A stretch of 64,000 nt of DNA from Squalus acanthias (lineage: Eukaryota), in NCBI GenBank assembly GCA_030390025.1, contig JASTWF010000344.1, positions 310,001 to 374,000 of the forward strand. The letters are read 5' to 3'. The stretch's first letter is position 1; each line of letters opens with the position of its first letter. The notes under the pieces were generated by a model. It was not told where the DNA came from. It did not search any database and was given only the letters and a program-made list of their open reading frames with translations. Made by a program: the position numbers and the translations under genes. Below are positions 52,042-64,000 of this stretch, one piece after another.

Positions 52042-52078
52042 TACCTGAAGAAGGAGCAAACAGCTACGAAAGCTTGTA
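52042..52078 (+). ncRNA. Minimal hammerhead ribozyme motif (variant)
   Basis: tac-CTGAAGA-a-ggagc aaaca gctac-GAAAG-CTT-gta; stem I changed from cac/gtg to tac/gta. Confidence 0.65.
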
Positions 52079-55000
52079 AAATTAAATAAATCTGTTGGAC
52101 TATAACCTGGTGTTGTGCGACTTCTCATTTTTGTTTATTACAGGACAGTGACAGACACGGTGTGTGTATTACAGGACAGTGACAGACCCTGTGTGTGTAT
52201 TACAGGACAGTGACAGACCCTGTGTGTGTATGACAGGACAGTGACAGTCCCTGTGTGTGAATTACAAGACAATGCCAGTCCCTGTGCGTGTATTATAGGA
52301 CAGTGACAGTCCCTGTGTATTACAGGACAGTGACAGACCCTGTGTGTGTATCACACGACAGTGACAGTCTCTGTATTACAGGACAGTGACAATCCCTGTG
52401 TATTACAGGACAGTGACAGACCCTGTGTATTACAGGACAGTGACAGACCCTGTGTGTGCATTTCAAGACAGTGACAGTACCTGTCTATTACAGGTCAGTG
52501 ACAGTCCCTGTCTGTTTATTACAGGACAGTGACAGACCCTGTGTGTGTATTACAGGACAGTGACAGACCCTGTGTGTGTATTACAGGACAGTGACAGACC
52601 CTGTGCGTGTATTACAGGACAGTGACAGATCCTGTGTGTGTGTATGACAGGACAGTGACGGTCCCAGTGTGTGTATTACAGGACAGTGACAGTCCCTGTG
52701 TGTGTATTACCGGACAGTGACAGCCTCTGTATTACAGGACAGCGACAGTCCCTGTGTATTACAGGACAGCGACAGTCCCTGTGTATTACAGGACAGTGAC
52801 AGACCCTGTGTGTGTATTACACGACAGTGACAGTCCCTGTGTGTGTATTACAGGACAGTGACAGACCCTGTGTGTGTTTTACAGGACAGTGACAGACCCT
52901 GTGTGTGTATTACAGGACAGTGACAGTCCCTGTGTGTGTATTACAGGACAGTGACAGTCTCTGTATATTACAGGACAGTACCTTTGGATGACAGGACAGT
53001 GACAGTCCCTGTCTGTGTATTACAGGACAGTGACAGACCCTGTGTGTGTACTACAGGACAGTGACAGTCCCTGTGTAGTACAGGACAGTGACAGTCCCTG
53101 TCTGTGTATTGCAGGACAGTGACAGTCTCTGTATTACAGGACAGTGACAGTCCCTGCGTATTACAGGACAGTGACAGTCCCTGTGTATTACAGGACAGTG
53201 ACAGACCCTGTCTGTGTATTACACGACAGTGACAGACCCTGTGTGTGTATTACAGGACAGTGACAGACCCTGTGTGTGTATTACAGGACAGTGACAGTCC
53301 CTGTGTATTACAGGACAGTGACAGACCCTGTGTATGTATTACAGGACAGTGACAGTCTCTGTATATTACAGGACAGTGACAGTCCCTGTGTATTACAGGA
53401 GTGACAGTACCTGTGTATTACAGGTCAGTGACAGTCCCTGTCTGTTTATTACAGGACAGTGACAGTCCCTGTGTGTGTATTACAGGAAAGTGACAGTCCC
53501 TGTGTGTGTTTTACAGGACAGTGACAGACCCTGTGTGTGTTTTACAGGACAGTGACAGTCCCTGTGTTTTACAGGACAGTGACAGACCCTGTGTGTGTAT
53601 TACCGGACAGTGACAGACCCTGTGTGTGTATTACCGGACAGTGACAGTCCCTGTGTAATACAGGACAGTGACAGTCCCTGTGTATTACAGGACAGTGACA
53701 GTCCCTGCGTATTACAGGACAGTGACAGTCCCTGTGTATAACAGGACAGTGACAGTCCCTGTGTGTGTATTACCGGACAGTGACAGTCTCTGTATTACAG
53801 GACAGTGACAGTCCCTGTGTATTCCAGGACAGCGACAGTCCCTGTGTATTACAGGACAGTGACAGACTCTGTATTACAGGACAGTGACAGTCCCTGTGTA
53901 TTACAGGACAGTGACAGTCCCTGTGTATTACAGGACAGTGACAGACCCTGTGTGTGTATTACAGGACAGTGACAGTCACTGAGTATCACAGGACAGTGAC
54001 AGTCCCTGTGTATTACAGGACAGTGACAGACCCTGTGTGTGTTTTACAGGACAGTGACAGACCCTGTGTGTGTATTACAGGACAGTGACAGTCCCTGTCT
54101 GTGTATTACACGACAGTGACAGTCCCTGTCTGTGTATTACCGGACAGTGACAGTCTCTGTGTATTACAGGACAGTGACAGTACCTGTGTGTGTATTACAG
54201 GACAGTGACAGTCCCTGTGCGTGTATTACAGGACAGTGACAGACCCTGTGTGTGTATTACAGGACAGTGACAGACCCTGTGTGTGTATTACAGGACAGTG
54301 ACAGACCCTGTGTGTGTATTCCAGGACAGTGACAGACCCTGTGTGTGTATGACAGGACAGTGACAGACCCTGTGTATTACAGGACAGTGACAGTCCCTGT
54401 GTGTGTATTACCGGACAGTGACAGTCCCTGTGTAATACATGACAGTGACAGTCCCTGTGTATTACAGGACAGTGACAGACTCTGTATTACAGGACAGTGA
54501 CAGTCCCTGTGTATTACAGGACAGTGACAGTCCCTGTGTATTACAGGACAGTGACAGACCCTGTGTGTGTATTACAGGACAGTGACAGTCACTGTGTATC
54601 ACAGGACAGTGACAGTCCCTGTGTATTACAGGACAGTGACAGACCCTGTGTGTGTTTTACAGGACAGTGACAGACCCTGTGTGTGTATTACAGGACAGTG
54701 ACAGTCCCTGTCTGTGTATTACACGACAGTGACAGTCCCTGTCTGTGTATTACACGACAGTGACAGTCCCTGTGTGTGTATTATAGGACAGTGACAGTCC
54801 CTGTGTATTACAGGACAGTGACAGACCCTGTGTCATACAGGACAGTGACACACCCTGTGTGTGTATTACACGACAGTGACAGTCTCTGTGTATGACAGGA
54901 CAGTGACGGACCCTGTGTATTACAGGACAGTGACAGACCCTGTGTGTGTATTACAGGACAGTGACAGTCTCTGTATATTACAGGACAGTGACAGTACCTC

Positions 55001-58000
55001 TGTATTACAGGACAGTGACAGTCCCTGTCTGTGTATTACAGGACAGTGACAGACCCTGTGTGTGTATTACAGGACAGTGACAGTCCCTGTCTGTGTATTA
55101 CAGGCCAGTGACAGTCCCTGTGTGTGTATTACAGGACAGTGACAGACCCTGTGTGTGTACTACAGGACAGTGACAGTCTCTGTATTATAGGACAGTGACA
55201 GTCCCGGTGTATTACAGGACAGTGACACACCCTGTGTGTGTATTACAGGACAGTGACAGTCCCTGTCTGTGTATTACAGGACAGTGACAGTCCCTGTCTG
55301 TGTATTACAGGACAGTGACAGTCTCTGTATTACAGGACAGTGACAGTCCCTGTGTATTACAGGACAGTGACAGTCCCTGTGTATTACAGGACAGTGACAG
55401 TCCCTGTGTATTACAGGACAGTGACAGTCCCTGTGTATTACAGGACAGTGACAGTCCCTGTGTATTACAGGACAGTGACAGTCCCTGTGTATTACAGGAC
55501 AGTGACAGTCCCTGTGTATTACAGGACAGTGACAGTCCCTGTGTATTACAGGACAGTGACAGTCCCTGTGTATTACAGGACAGTGACAGTCCCTGTGTAT
55601 TACAGGACAGTGACAGTCCCTGTGTATTACAGGACAGTGACAGTCCCTGTGTATTACAGGACAGTGACAGTCCCTGTGTATTACAGGACAGTGACAGACC
55701 CTGTGTGTGTATTACAGGACAGTGACAGACCCTGTGTGTGTATTACAGGACAGTGACAGTCTCTGTATATTACAGGACAGTGACAGTACCTATGTATTAC
55801 AGGACAGTGACAGTACCTGTGTATTACAGGACAGTGACAGTCCCTGTATGTGTATTACAGGACAGTGACAGACCCTGTGTGTGTATTACAGGACACTGAC
55901 AGACCGTGTGTGTGTATTACAGGACAGTGACAGACCCTGTGTGTGTATTACAGGACAGTGACAGTCCCTGTGTATTACAGGACAGTGACGGTCCCTGTGT
56001 GTGTATTACAGGACAGTGATAGTCCCGGTGTGTGTATTACCGGACAGTGACAGCCTGTGTATTACAGGACAGTGACAGTCCCTGTGTATAACAGGACAGT
56101 GACAGTCTCTGTGTATTACAGGACAGTGACAGTACCTGTGTATTCCAGGACAGTGACAGTCCCTGTGTGTGTATTACAGCACAGTGACAGTCCCTGTGCA
56201 AGTATTACAGGACAGTGACAGACCCTGTGTGTGTATTAGAGGACAGTGACAGACCCTGTGTGTGTAGTACAGGACAGTGACAGTCCCAGTCTGTGTATTA
56301 CAGGACAGTGACAGTCTCTGTATTACAGGACAGTGACAGTCCCTGTGTATTACAGGACAGTGACAGTCCCTGTGTATTACAGGACAGTGACAGTCCCTGT
56401 GTATTACAGGACAGTGACAGTCCCTGTGAGTGTATTACAGGACAGTTACAGACTGTGTGTATTACAGGACAGTGACAGTCTCTGTATATTACAGGACAGT
56501 GACAGTCCCTGCATATTACAGGACAGTGACAGACCCTGTGTATTACAGGACAGTGACAGACCCTGTGTGTATTACAGGACAGTGACAGTCCCTGTGTATT
56601 AGAGGACAGTGACGGTCCCTGTGTGTGTATTACAGGACAGTGACAGTCCCTGTGTATTACAGGACAGTGACAGTCCCTGTGTATTACAGGACAGTGACAG
56701 TCCCTGTGTAATACAGGACAGTGACAGTCCCTGTGTATTACAGGACAGTGACAGTACCTGTGTATTACAGGACAGTGACAGTCCCTGTATGTGTATTACA
56801 GGACAGTGACAGACCCTGTGTGTGTATTACAGGACACTGACAGACCGTGTGTGTGTATTACAGGACAGTGACAGACCCTGTGTGTGTATTACAGGACAGT
56901 GACAGTCCCTGTGTGTGTATTACAGGACAGTGACAGTCCCTGTGCAAGTATTACAGGACAGTGACAGACCCTGTGTGTGTATTACAGGACAGTGACAGAC
57001 CCTGTGTGTGTATTACAGGACAGTGACAGTCCCTGTGTATTACAGGACAGTGACGGTCCCTGTGTGTATTACAGGACAGTGACAGTCCCTGTGTGTGTAT
57101 TACCAGACAGTGACAGCCTGTGTATTACAGGACAGTGACAGACCCTGTGTGTGTATTACAGGACAGTGACAAACCCTGTGTGTGTATTACAGGACAGTGA
57201 CAGTCCCTGTGTATAACAGGACAGTGACGGTCCCTGTGTGTGTATTACAGGACAGTGACAGTCCCTGTGTGTGTATTACCGGACAGTGACAGTCCCTGTG
57301 TATTACAGGACAGTGACGGTCCCTGTGTGTGTATTACAGGACAATGACAGTCCCTGTGTGTGTATTACCGGACAGTGACAGCCTGTGTATTACAGGACAG
57401 TGACAGTCCCTGTGTAATACAGGACAGTGACAGTCCCTGTGTATTACAGGACAGTGACAGTCCCTGTGTATTACAGGACAGTGACAGTCCCTGTGTATTA
57501 CAGGACAGTGACAGTCCCTGTGTATAACAGGACAGTGACAGTCCCTGTGTGTGTATTACCGGACAGTGACAGTCTCTGTATTACAGGACAGCGACAGTCC
57601 CTGTGTATTACAGGACAGCGACAGTCCCTGTGTAATACAGGACAGTGACAGTCCCTGTGTAATACAGGACAGTGACAGTCCCTGTGTATTACAGGACAGT
57701 GACAGTCCCTGTGTATAACAGGACAGTGACAGTACCTGTGTGTGTATTACCGGACAGTGACAGTCTCTGTATTACAGGACAGTGACAGTCCCTGTGTATT
57801 ACAGGACAGTGACAGACCCTGTGTGTGTATTACAGGACAGTGACAGTCCCTGTGTATTACAGGACAGTGACACACCCTGTGTAATACAGGACAGTGACAC
57901 ACCCTGTGTGTGTATTACAGGACAGTGACAGACCCTGTGTGTGTATTACAGGACAGTGACAGACCCTGTATATTACAGGACAGTGACAGTACCTCTGTAT

Positions 58001-60187
58001 TACAGGACAGTGACAGTCCCTGTCTGTGTATTACCGGACAGTGACAGTCTCTGTATTACAGGACAGTGACAGTCCCTGTGTATTACAGGACAGTGACAGT
58101 CCCTGTGTATTACAGGACAGTGACAGACCCTGTGTATTACAGGACAGTGACAGACTCTGTATTACAGGACAGTGACAGTCCCTGTGTGTGTATTACAGGA
58201 CAGTGACAGACCCTGTGTGTGTATTACAGGACAGTGACAGACCCTGTGTGTGTATTACAGGACAGTGACAGACCCTGTGTGTGTATTACAGGACAGTGAC
58301 AGTCCCTGTGTATTACAGGACAGTGACGGTCCCTGTGTGTGTATTACAGGACAGTGACAGTCCCTGTGTGTGTATTACCGGACAGTGACAGCCTGTGTAT
58401 TACAGGACAGTGACAGTCCCTGTGTAATACAGGACAGTGACAGTCCCTGTGTATTACAGGACAGTGACAGTACCTGTGTATTACAGGACAGTGACAGTCC
58501 CTGTATGTGTATTACAGGACAGTGACAGACCCTGTGTGTGTATTACAGGACACTGACAGACCGTGTGTGTGTATTACAGGACAGTGACAGACCCTGTGTG
58601 TGTATTACAGGACAGTGACAGTCCCTGTGTATTACAGGACAGTGACGGTCCCTGTGTGCGTATTACAGGACAGTGATAGTCCCGGTGTGTGTATTACCGG
58701 ACAGTGACAGCCTGTGTATTACAGGACAGTGACAGTCTCTGTGTATTACAGGACAGTGACAGTACCTGTGTATTACAGGACAGTGACAGTACCTGTGTAT
58801 TACAGGACAGTGACAGTCCCTGTGTGTGTATTACAGGACAGTGACAGTCCCTGTGCAAGTATTACAGGACAGTGACAGACCCTGTGTGTGTATTACAGGA
58901 CAGTGACAGACCGTGTGTGTGTATTACAGGACAGTGACAGACCCTGTGTGTGTATTACAGGACAGTGACAGTCCCTGTGTATTACAGGACAGTGACGGTC
59001 CCTGTGTGTGTATTACAGGACAGTGACAGTCCCTGTGTGTGTATTACCAGACAGTGACAGCCTGTGTATTACAGGACAGTGACAGACCCTGTGTGTGTAT
59101 TACAGGACAGTGACACACCCTGTGTGTGTATTACACGACAGTGACAGTCTCTGTGTATGACAGGACAGTGACGGACCCTGTGTATTACAGGACAGTGACA
59201 GACCCTGTGTGTGTATTACAGGACAGTGACAGTCTCTGTATATTACAGGACAGTGACAGTACCTCTGTTTTACAGGACAGTGACAGTCCCTGTCTGTGTA
59301 TTACAGGACAGTGACAGCCCCTGTGTGTGTATTACAGGACAGTGACAGTCCCTGTCTGTGTATTACACGACAGTGACAGTCCCTGTGTGTGTATTACAGG
59401 ACAGTGACAGACCCTGTGTGTGTACTACAGGACAGTGACAGTCTCTGTATTATAGGACAGTGACAGTCCCGGTGTATTACAGGACAGTGACACACCCTGT
59501 GTGTGTATTACAGGACAGTGACAGTCCCTGTCTGTGTATTACAGGACAGTGACAGTCCCTGTCTGTGTATTACAGGACAGTGACAGTCCCTGTCTGTGTA
59601 TTACAGGACAGTGACAGTCTCTGTATTACAGGACAGTGACAGTCCCTGTGTATTACAGGACAGTGACAGTCCCTGTGTATTACAGGACAGTGACAGTCCC
59701 TGTGTATTACAGGACAGTGACAGTCCCTGTGTATTACAGGACAGTGACAGTCCCTGTGTATTACAGGACAGTGACAGTCTCTGTATATTACAGGACAGTG
59801 ACAGTACCTATGTATTACAGGACAGTGACAGTACCTGTGTATTACAGGACAGTGACAGACCCTGTGTGTGTATTACAGGACACTGACAGACCGTGTGTGT
59901 GTATTACAGGACAGTGACAGACCCTGTGTGTGTATTACAGGACAGTGACAGTCCCTGTGTATTACAGGACAGTGACGGTCCCTGTGTGTGTATTACAGGA
60001 CAGTGATAGTCCCGGTGTGTGTATTACCGGACAGTGACAGCCTGTGTATTACAGGACAGTGACAGTCCCTGTGTATAACAGGACAGTGACAGTCTCTGTG
60101 TATTACAGGACAGTGACAGTACCTGTGTATTCCAGGACAGTGACAGTCCCTGTGTGTGTATTACAGCACAGTGACAGTCCCTGTGCA

Positions 60188-60770
60188 AGAATGAAGGACA
60201 GCTGCCAGCTTCTAGGAGGAAAAAAAAGGTGGGGGGGACAAATAAAAGGGTGGATAAAATAAAATATAAATGTGATTGGAGCTGAGGTTATGATCTAAAA
60301 TTGTTGAACTCGATATTGAGTCCAGAGGGCTGTAGCGTGCCTAAACGAAAGATGAGGTGCTGTTCCTCGAGCTTACGCTGAGCTTCCGTGGAACAGTGTA
60401 TTAGGCCGAGGACGGTGTGTGTGTATTACAGGACAGTGTCCCCCCCCACCTTTTTTTTCCTCCTAGAAGCTGGCAGCTGTCCTTCATTCTGCCAGTAGAT
60501 TTCACACTTCATTCAGCCTTAATCTGTCACATTAACACCACCTCTAGCCTTGCATATCTCTTAATGTCTCTTAATGTCTCTTCATCTCCTCCTTTGTTCC
60601 TTTATCCCCTCCCCCTTTTCCCAGCTTTACCCTGGCCTTAAATCTATTTGATTTCCAGCTCTTCCCAGTTCTGATGAAAGGTCATCGACCTGAAACGTCA
60701 ACTCTCTTTCTCTCTCCACGGATGCTGCCTGGCCTGCTGAGTTTTTCCAGCGTTTTCTGTTGTTATTTCG
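60188..60770. mobile_element. Rearranged Penelope-like element family B: minus-strand GIY-YIG C-terminus and 3' UTR start (60188-60413), satellite spacer, plus-strand 3' UTR/terminal repeat (60437-60770)
   Basis: Minus 60413-60288 translates VLGLIHCSTEAQRKLEEQHLIFRLGTLQPSGLNIEFNNFRS*; 60188-60240 is an inverted repeat of 60437-60490. Confidence 0.85.
60667..60703 (+). ncRNA. Minimal type I hammerhead ribozyme motif (family B, canonical GUC triplet)
   Basis: agtt-CTGATGA-a-aggtc atc gacct-GAAAC-GTC-aact. Confidence 0.8.
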
Positions 60771-63700
60771 GAGTGACAAACCCTGTGTGTGTATTACAGG
60801 ACAGTGACAGTCCCTGTGTATTACAGGACAGTGACAGTCCCTGTGTGTGTATTACAGGACAGTGACAGTCCCTGTGTGTGTATTACCGGACAGTGACAGT
60901 CCCTGTGTATTACAGGACAGTGACGGTCCCTGTGTGTGTATTACAGGACAGTGACAGTCCCTGTGTGTGTATTACCGGACAGTGACAGCCTGTGTATTAC
61001 AGGACAGTGACAGTCCCTGTGTAATACAGGACAGTGACAGTCCCTGTGTATTACAGGACAGTGACAGTCCCTGTGTATTACAGGACAGTGACAGTCCCTG
61101 TGTATAACAGGACAGTGACAGTCCCTGTGTATAACAGGACAGTGACAGTCCCTGTGTGTGTATTACCGGACAGTGACAGTCTCTGTATTACAGGACAGCG
61201 ACAGTCCCTGTGTATTACAGGACAGTGACAGTCCCTGTGTAATACAGGACAGTGACAGTCCCTGTGTATTACAGGACAGTGACAGTCCCTGTGTATAACA
61301 GGACAGTGACAGTACCTGTGTGTGTATTACCGGACAGTGACAGTCTCTGTATTACAGGACAGTGACAGTCCCTGTGTATTACAGGACAGTGACAGACCCT
61401 GTGTGTGTATTACAGGACAGTGACAGTCCCTGTGTATTACAGGACAGTGACAGACCCTGTGTATTACAGGACAGTGACAGACCCTGTGTGTGTTTTACAG
61501 GACAGTGACAGACCCTGTGTGTGTATTACAGGACAGCGACAGTCCCTGTGTGTGTATTACAGGACAGCGACAGTCCCTGTGTATTACAGGACAGTGACAG
61601 ACTCTGTATTACAGGACAGTGACAGTCCCTGTGTATTACAGGACAGTGACAGACCCTGTGTGTGTATTACAGGACAGTGACAGTCCCTGTGTATTACAGG
61701 ACAGTGACAGACCCTGTGTGTGTTTTACAGGACAGTGACAGTCCCTGTGTTTTACAGGACAGTGACAGACCCTGTGTGTGTATTACCGGACAGTGACAGT
61801 CTCTGTGTATTACAGGACAGTGACAGTACCTGTGTGTGTATTACAGGACAGTGACAGTCCCTGTGCATGTATTACAGGACAGTGACAGACCCTGTGTGTG
61901 TATTACAGGACAGTGACAGACCCTGTGTGTGTATTACAGGACAGTGACAGACCCTGTGTGTGTATGACAGGACAGTGACAGACCCTGTGTATTACAGGAC
62001 AGTGACAGTCCCTGTGTGTGTATTACCGGACAGTGACAGTCCCTGTGTAATACAGGACAGTGACAGTCCCTGTGTATTACAGGACAGTGACAGACTCTGT
62101 ATTACAGGACAGTGACAGTCCCTGTGTATTACAGGACAGTGACAGTCCCTGTGTATTACAGGACAGTGACAGACCCTGTGTGTGTATTACAGGACAGTGA
62201 CAGTCACTGTGTATCACAGGACAGTGACAGTCCCTGTGTATTACAGGACAGTGACAGACCCTGTGTGTGTTTTACAGGACAGTGACAGACCCTGTGTGTG
62301 TATTACAGGACAGTGACAGTCCCTGTCTGTGTATTACACGACAGTGACAGTCCCTGTCTGTGTATTACACGACAGTGACAGTCCCTGTCTGTGTATTACA
62401 CGACAGTGACAGTCCCTGTCTGTGTATTACACGACAGTGACAGTCCCTGTGTGTGTATTATAGGACAGTGACAGTCCCTGTGTATTACAGGACAGTGACA
62501 GACCCTGTGTCATACAGGACAGTGACACACCCTGTGTGTGTATTACACGACAGTGACAGTCTCTGTGTATGACAGGACAGTGACGGACCCTGTGTATTAC
62601 AGGACAGTGACAGACCCTGTGTGTGTATTACAGGACAGTGACAGTCTCTGTATATTACAGGACAGTGACAGTACCTCTGTATTACAGGACAGTGACAGTC
62701 CCTGTCTGTGTATTACAGGACAGTGACAGACCCTGTGTGTGTATTACAGGACAGTGACAGTCCCTGTCTGTGTATTACACGACAGTGACAGTCCCTGTGT
62801 GTGTATTACAGGACAGTGACAGACCCTGTGTGTGTACTACAGGACAGTGACAGTCTCTGTATTATAGGACAGTGACAGTCCCGGTGTATTACAGGACAGT
62901 GACACACCCTGTGTGTGTATTACAGGACAGTGACAGTCCCTGTCTGTGTATTACAGGACAGTGACAGTCCCTGTCTGTGTATTACAGGACAGTGACAGTC
63001 CCTGTCTGTGTATTACAGGACAGTGACAGTCTCTGTATTACAGGACAGTGACAGTCCCTGTGTATTACAGGACAGTGACAGTCCCTGTGTATTACAGGAC
63101 AGTGACAGTCCCTGTGTATTACAGGACAGTGACAGTCCCTGTGTATTACAGGACAGTGACAGTCCCTGTGTATTACAGGACAGTGACAGTCCCTGTGTAT
63201 TACAGGACAGTGACAGTCCCTGTGTATTACAGGACAGTGACAGTCCCTGTGTATTACAGGACAGTGACAGTGCCTGTGTATTACAGGACAGTGACAGACC
63301 CTGTGTGTGTATTACAGGACAGTGACAGTCTCTGTATATTACAGGACAGTGACAGTACCTATGTATTACAGGACAGTGACAGTCTCTGTGTATTACAGGA
63401 CAGTGACAGTACCTGTGTATTCCAGGACAGTGACAGTCCCTGTGTGTGTATTACAGCACAGTGACAGTCCCTGTGCAAGTATTACAGGACAGTGACAGAC
63501 CCTGTGTGTGTATTACAGGACAGTGACAGACCCTGTGTGTGTATTACAGGACAGTGACAGACCCTGTGTGTGTATTACAGGACAGTGACAGTCCCTGTGT
63601 ATTACAGGACAGTGACGGTCCCTGTGTGTGTATTACAGGACAGTGACAGTCCCTGTGTATTACAGGACAGTGACAGTCCCTGTGTAATACAGGACAGTGA

Positions 63701-64000
63701 CAGTACCTGTGTATTACAGGACAGTGACAGTACCTGTGTATTACAGGACAGTGACAGTCCCTGTGTGTGTATTACAGGACAGTGACAGTCCCTGTGCAAG
63801 TATTACAGGACAGTGACAGACCCTGTGTGTGTATTACAGGACAGTGACAGACCGTGTGTGTGTATTACAGGACAGTGACAGACCCTGTGTGTGTATTACA
63901 GGACAGTGACAGTCCCTGTGTATTACAGGACAGTGACGGTCCCTGTGTGTATTACAGGACAGTGACAGTCCCTGTGTGTGTATTACCAGACAGTGACAGC

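Larger units (their letters stand above)
49576..52131 (+). mobile_element. Near full-length Penelope-like retroelement (family A, Neptune-like Cys linker): RT + GIY-YIG, three frameshifts in the 5' half, 13-bp TSD
   Basis: IVSLSDHTL..GLKFCP, IKPADKG, LPKIHK, GRPIVSG, TMDVSALYTNIP, GTAMG, RYIDD, CHGNLCKTC, VVYLIRC..WYIGET; tgtttattacagg at 49563-49575 and 52132-52144. Confidence 0.95.
39579..64000. repeat. Large satellite array, 25-33-bp units (mostly 27/31 bp: gtattacaggacagtgacagWccctgt[gtgt]), interrupted by PLEs; continues past the window end
   Basis: Hundreds of tandem units with recurring variant blocks. Confidence 0.97.

Noticed and set aside
39579..64000. CRISPR-like appearance and (VLQDSDSPC)n / (YYRTVTVPV)n ORFs
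   Set aside because: Head-to-tail satellite without unique spacers, no cas genes, vertebrate context; the ORFs arise from the 27-bp periodicity.

Overview
Eukaryotic, repeat-dense window, most likely from a cartilaginous fish (inferred from an HE1-like V-SINE, a Deu-domain SINE and abundant CR1/L2 LINEs). The only host gene supported is CRTC1 (CREB-regulated transcription coactivator 1) on the minus strand. Its last five coding exons (35291-35500, 23530-23631, 19854-19934, 17126-17303, 13243-13454) have canonical GT-AG sites and splice in frame to the conserved C-terminus ...EDTFRMDRL*. The rest consists of nested CR1 and L2 LINE fragments, SINEs, about ten minisatellites, a 500-N gap and a >24 kb 27/31-bp satellite array that hosts four Penelope-like element (PLE) segments from two families. 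Two observations stand out. (1) A 70-copy, 33-bp minisatellite is built from the end of a CRTC1 exon plus its 5' splice site, giving a ladder of about 69 spare donors; the first 35 are in frame and stop-free (+11 aa each). (2) The PLEs carry minimal hammerhead ribozymes with compensatory changes and a 3' hairpin, and two independent insertions sit at the same phase of the satellite unit. All calls were made by eye; no searches, alignments or folding were run.
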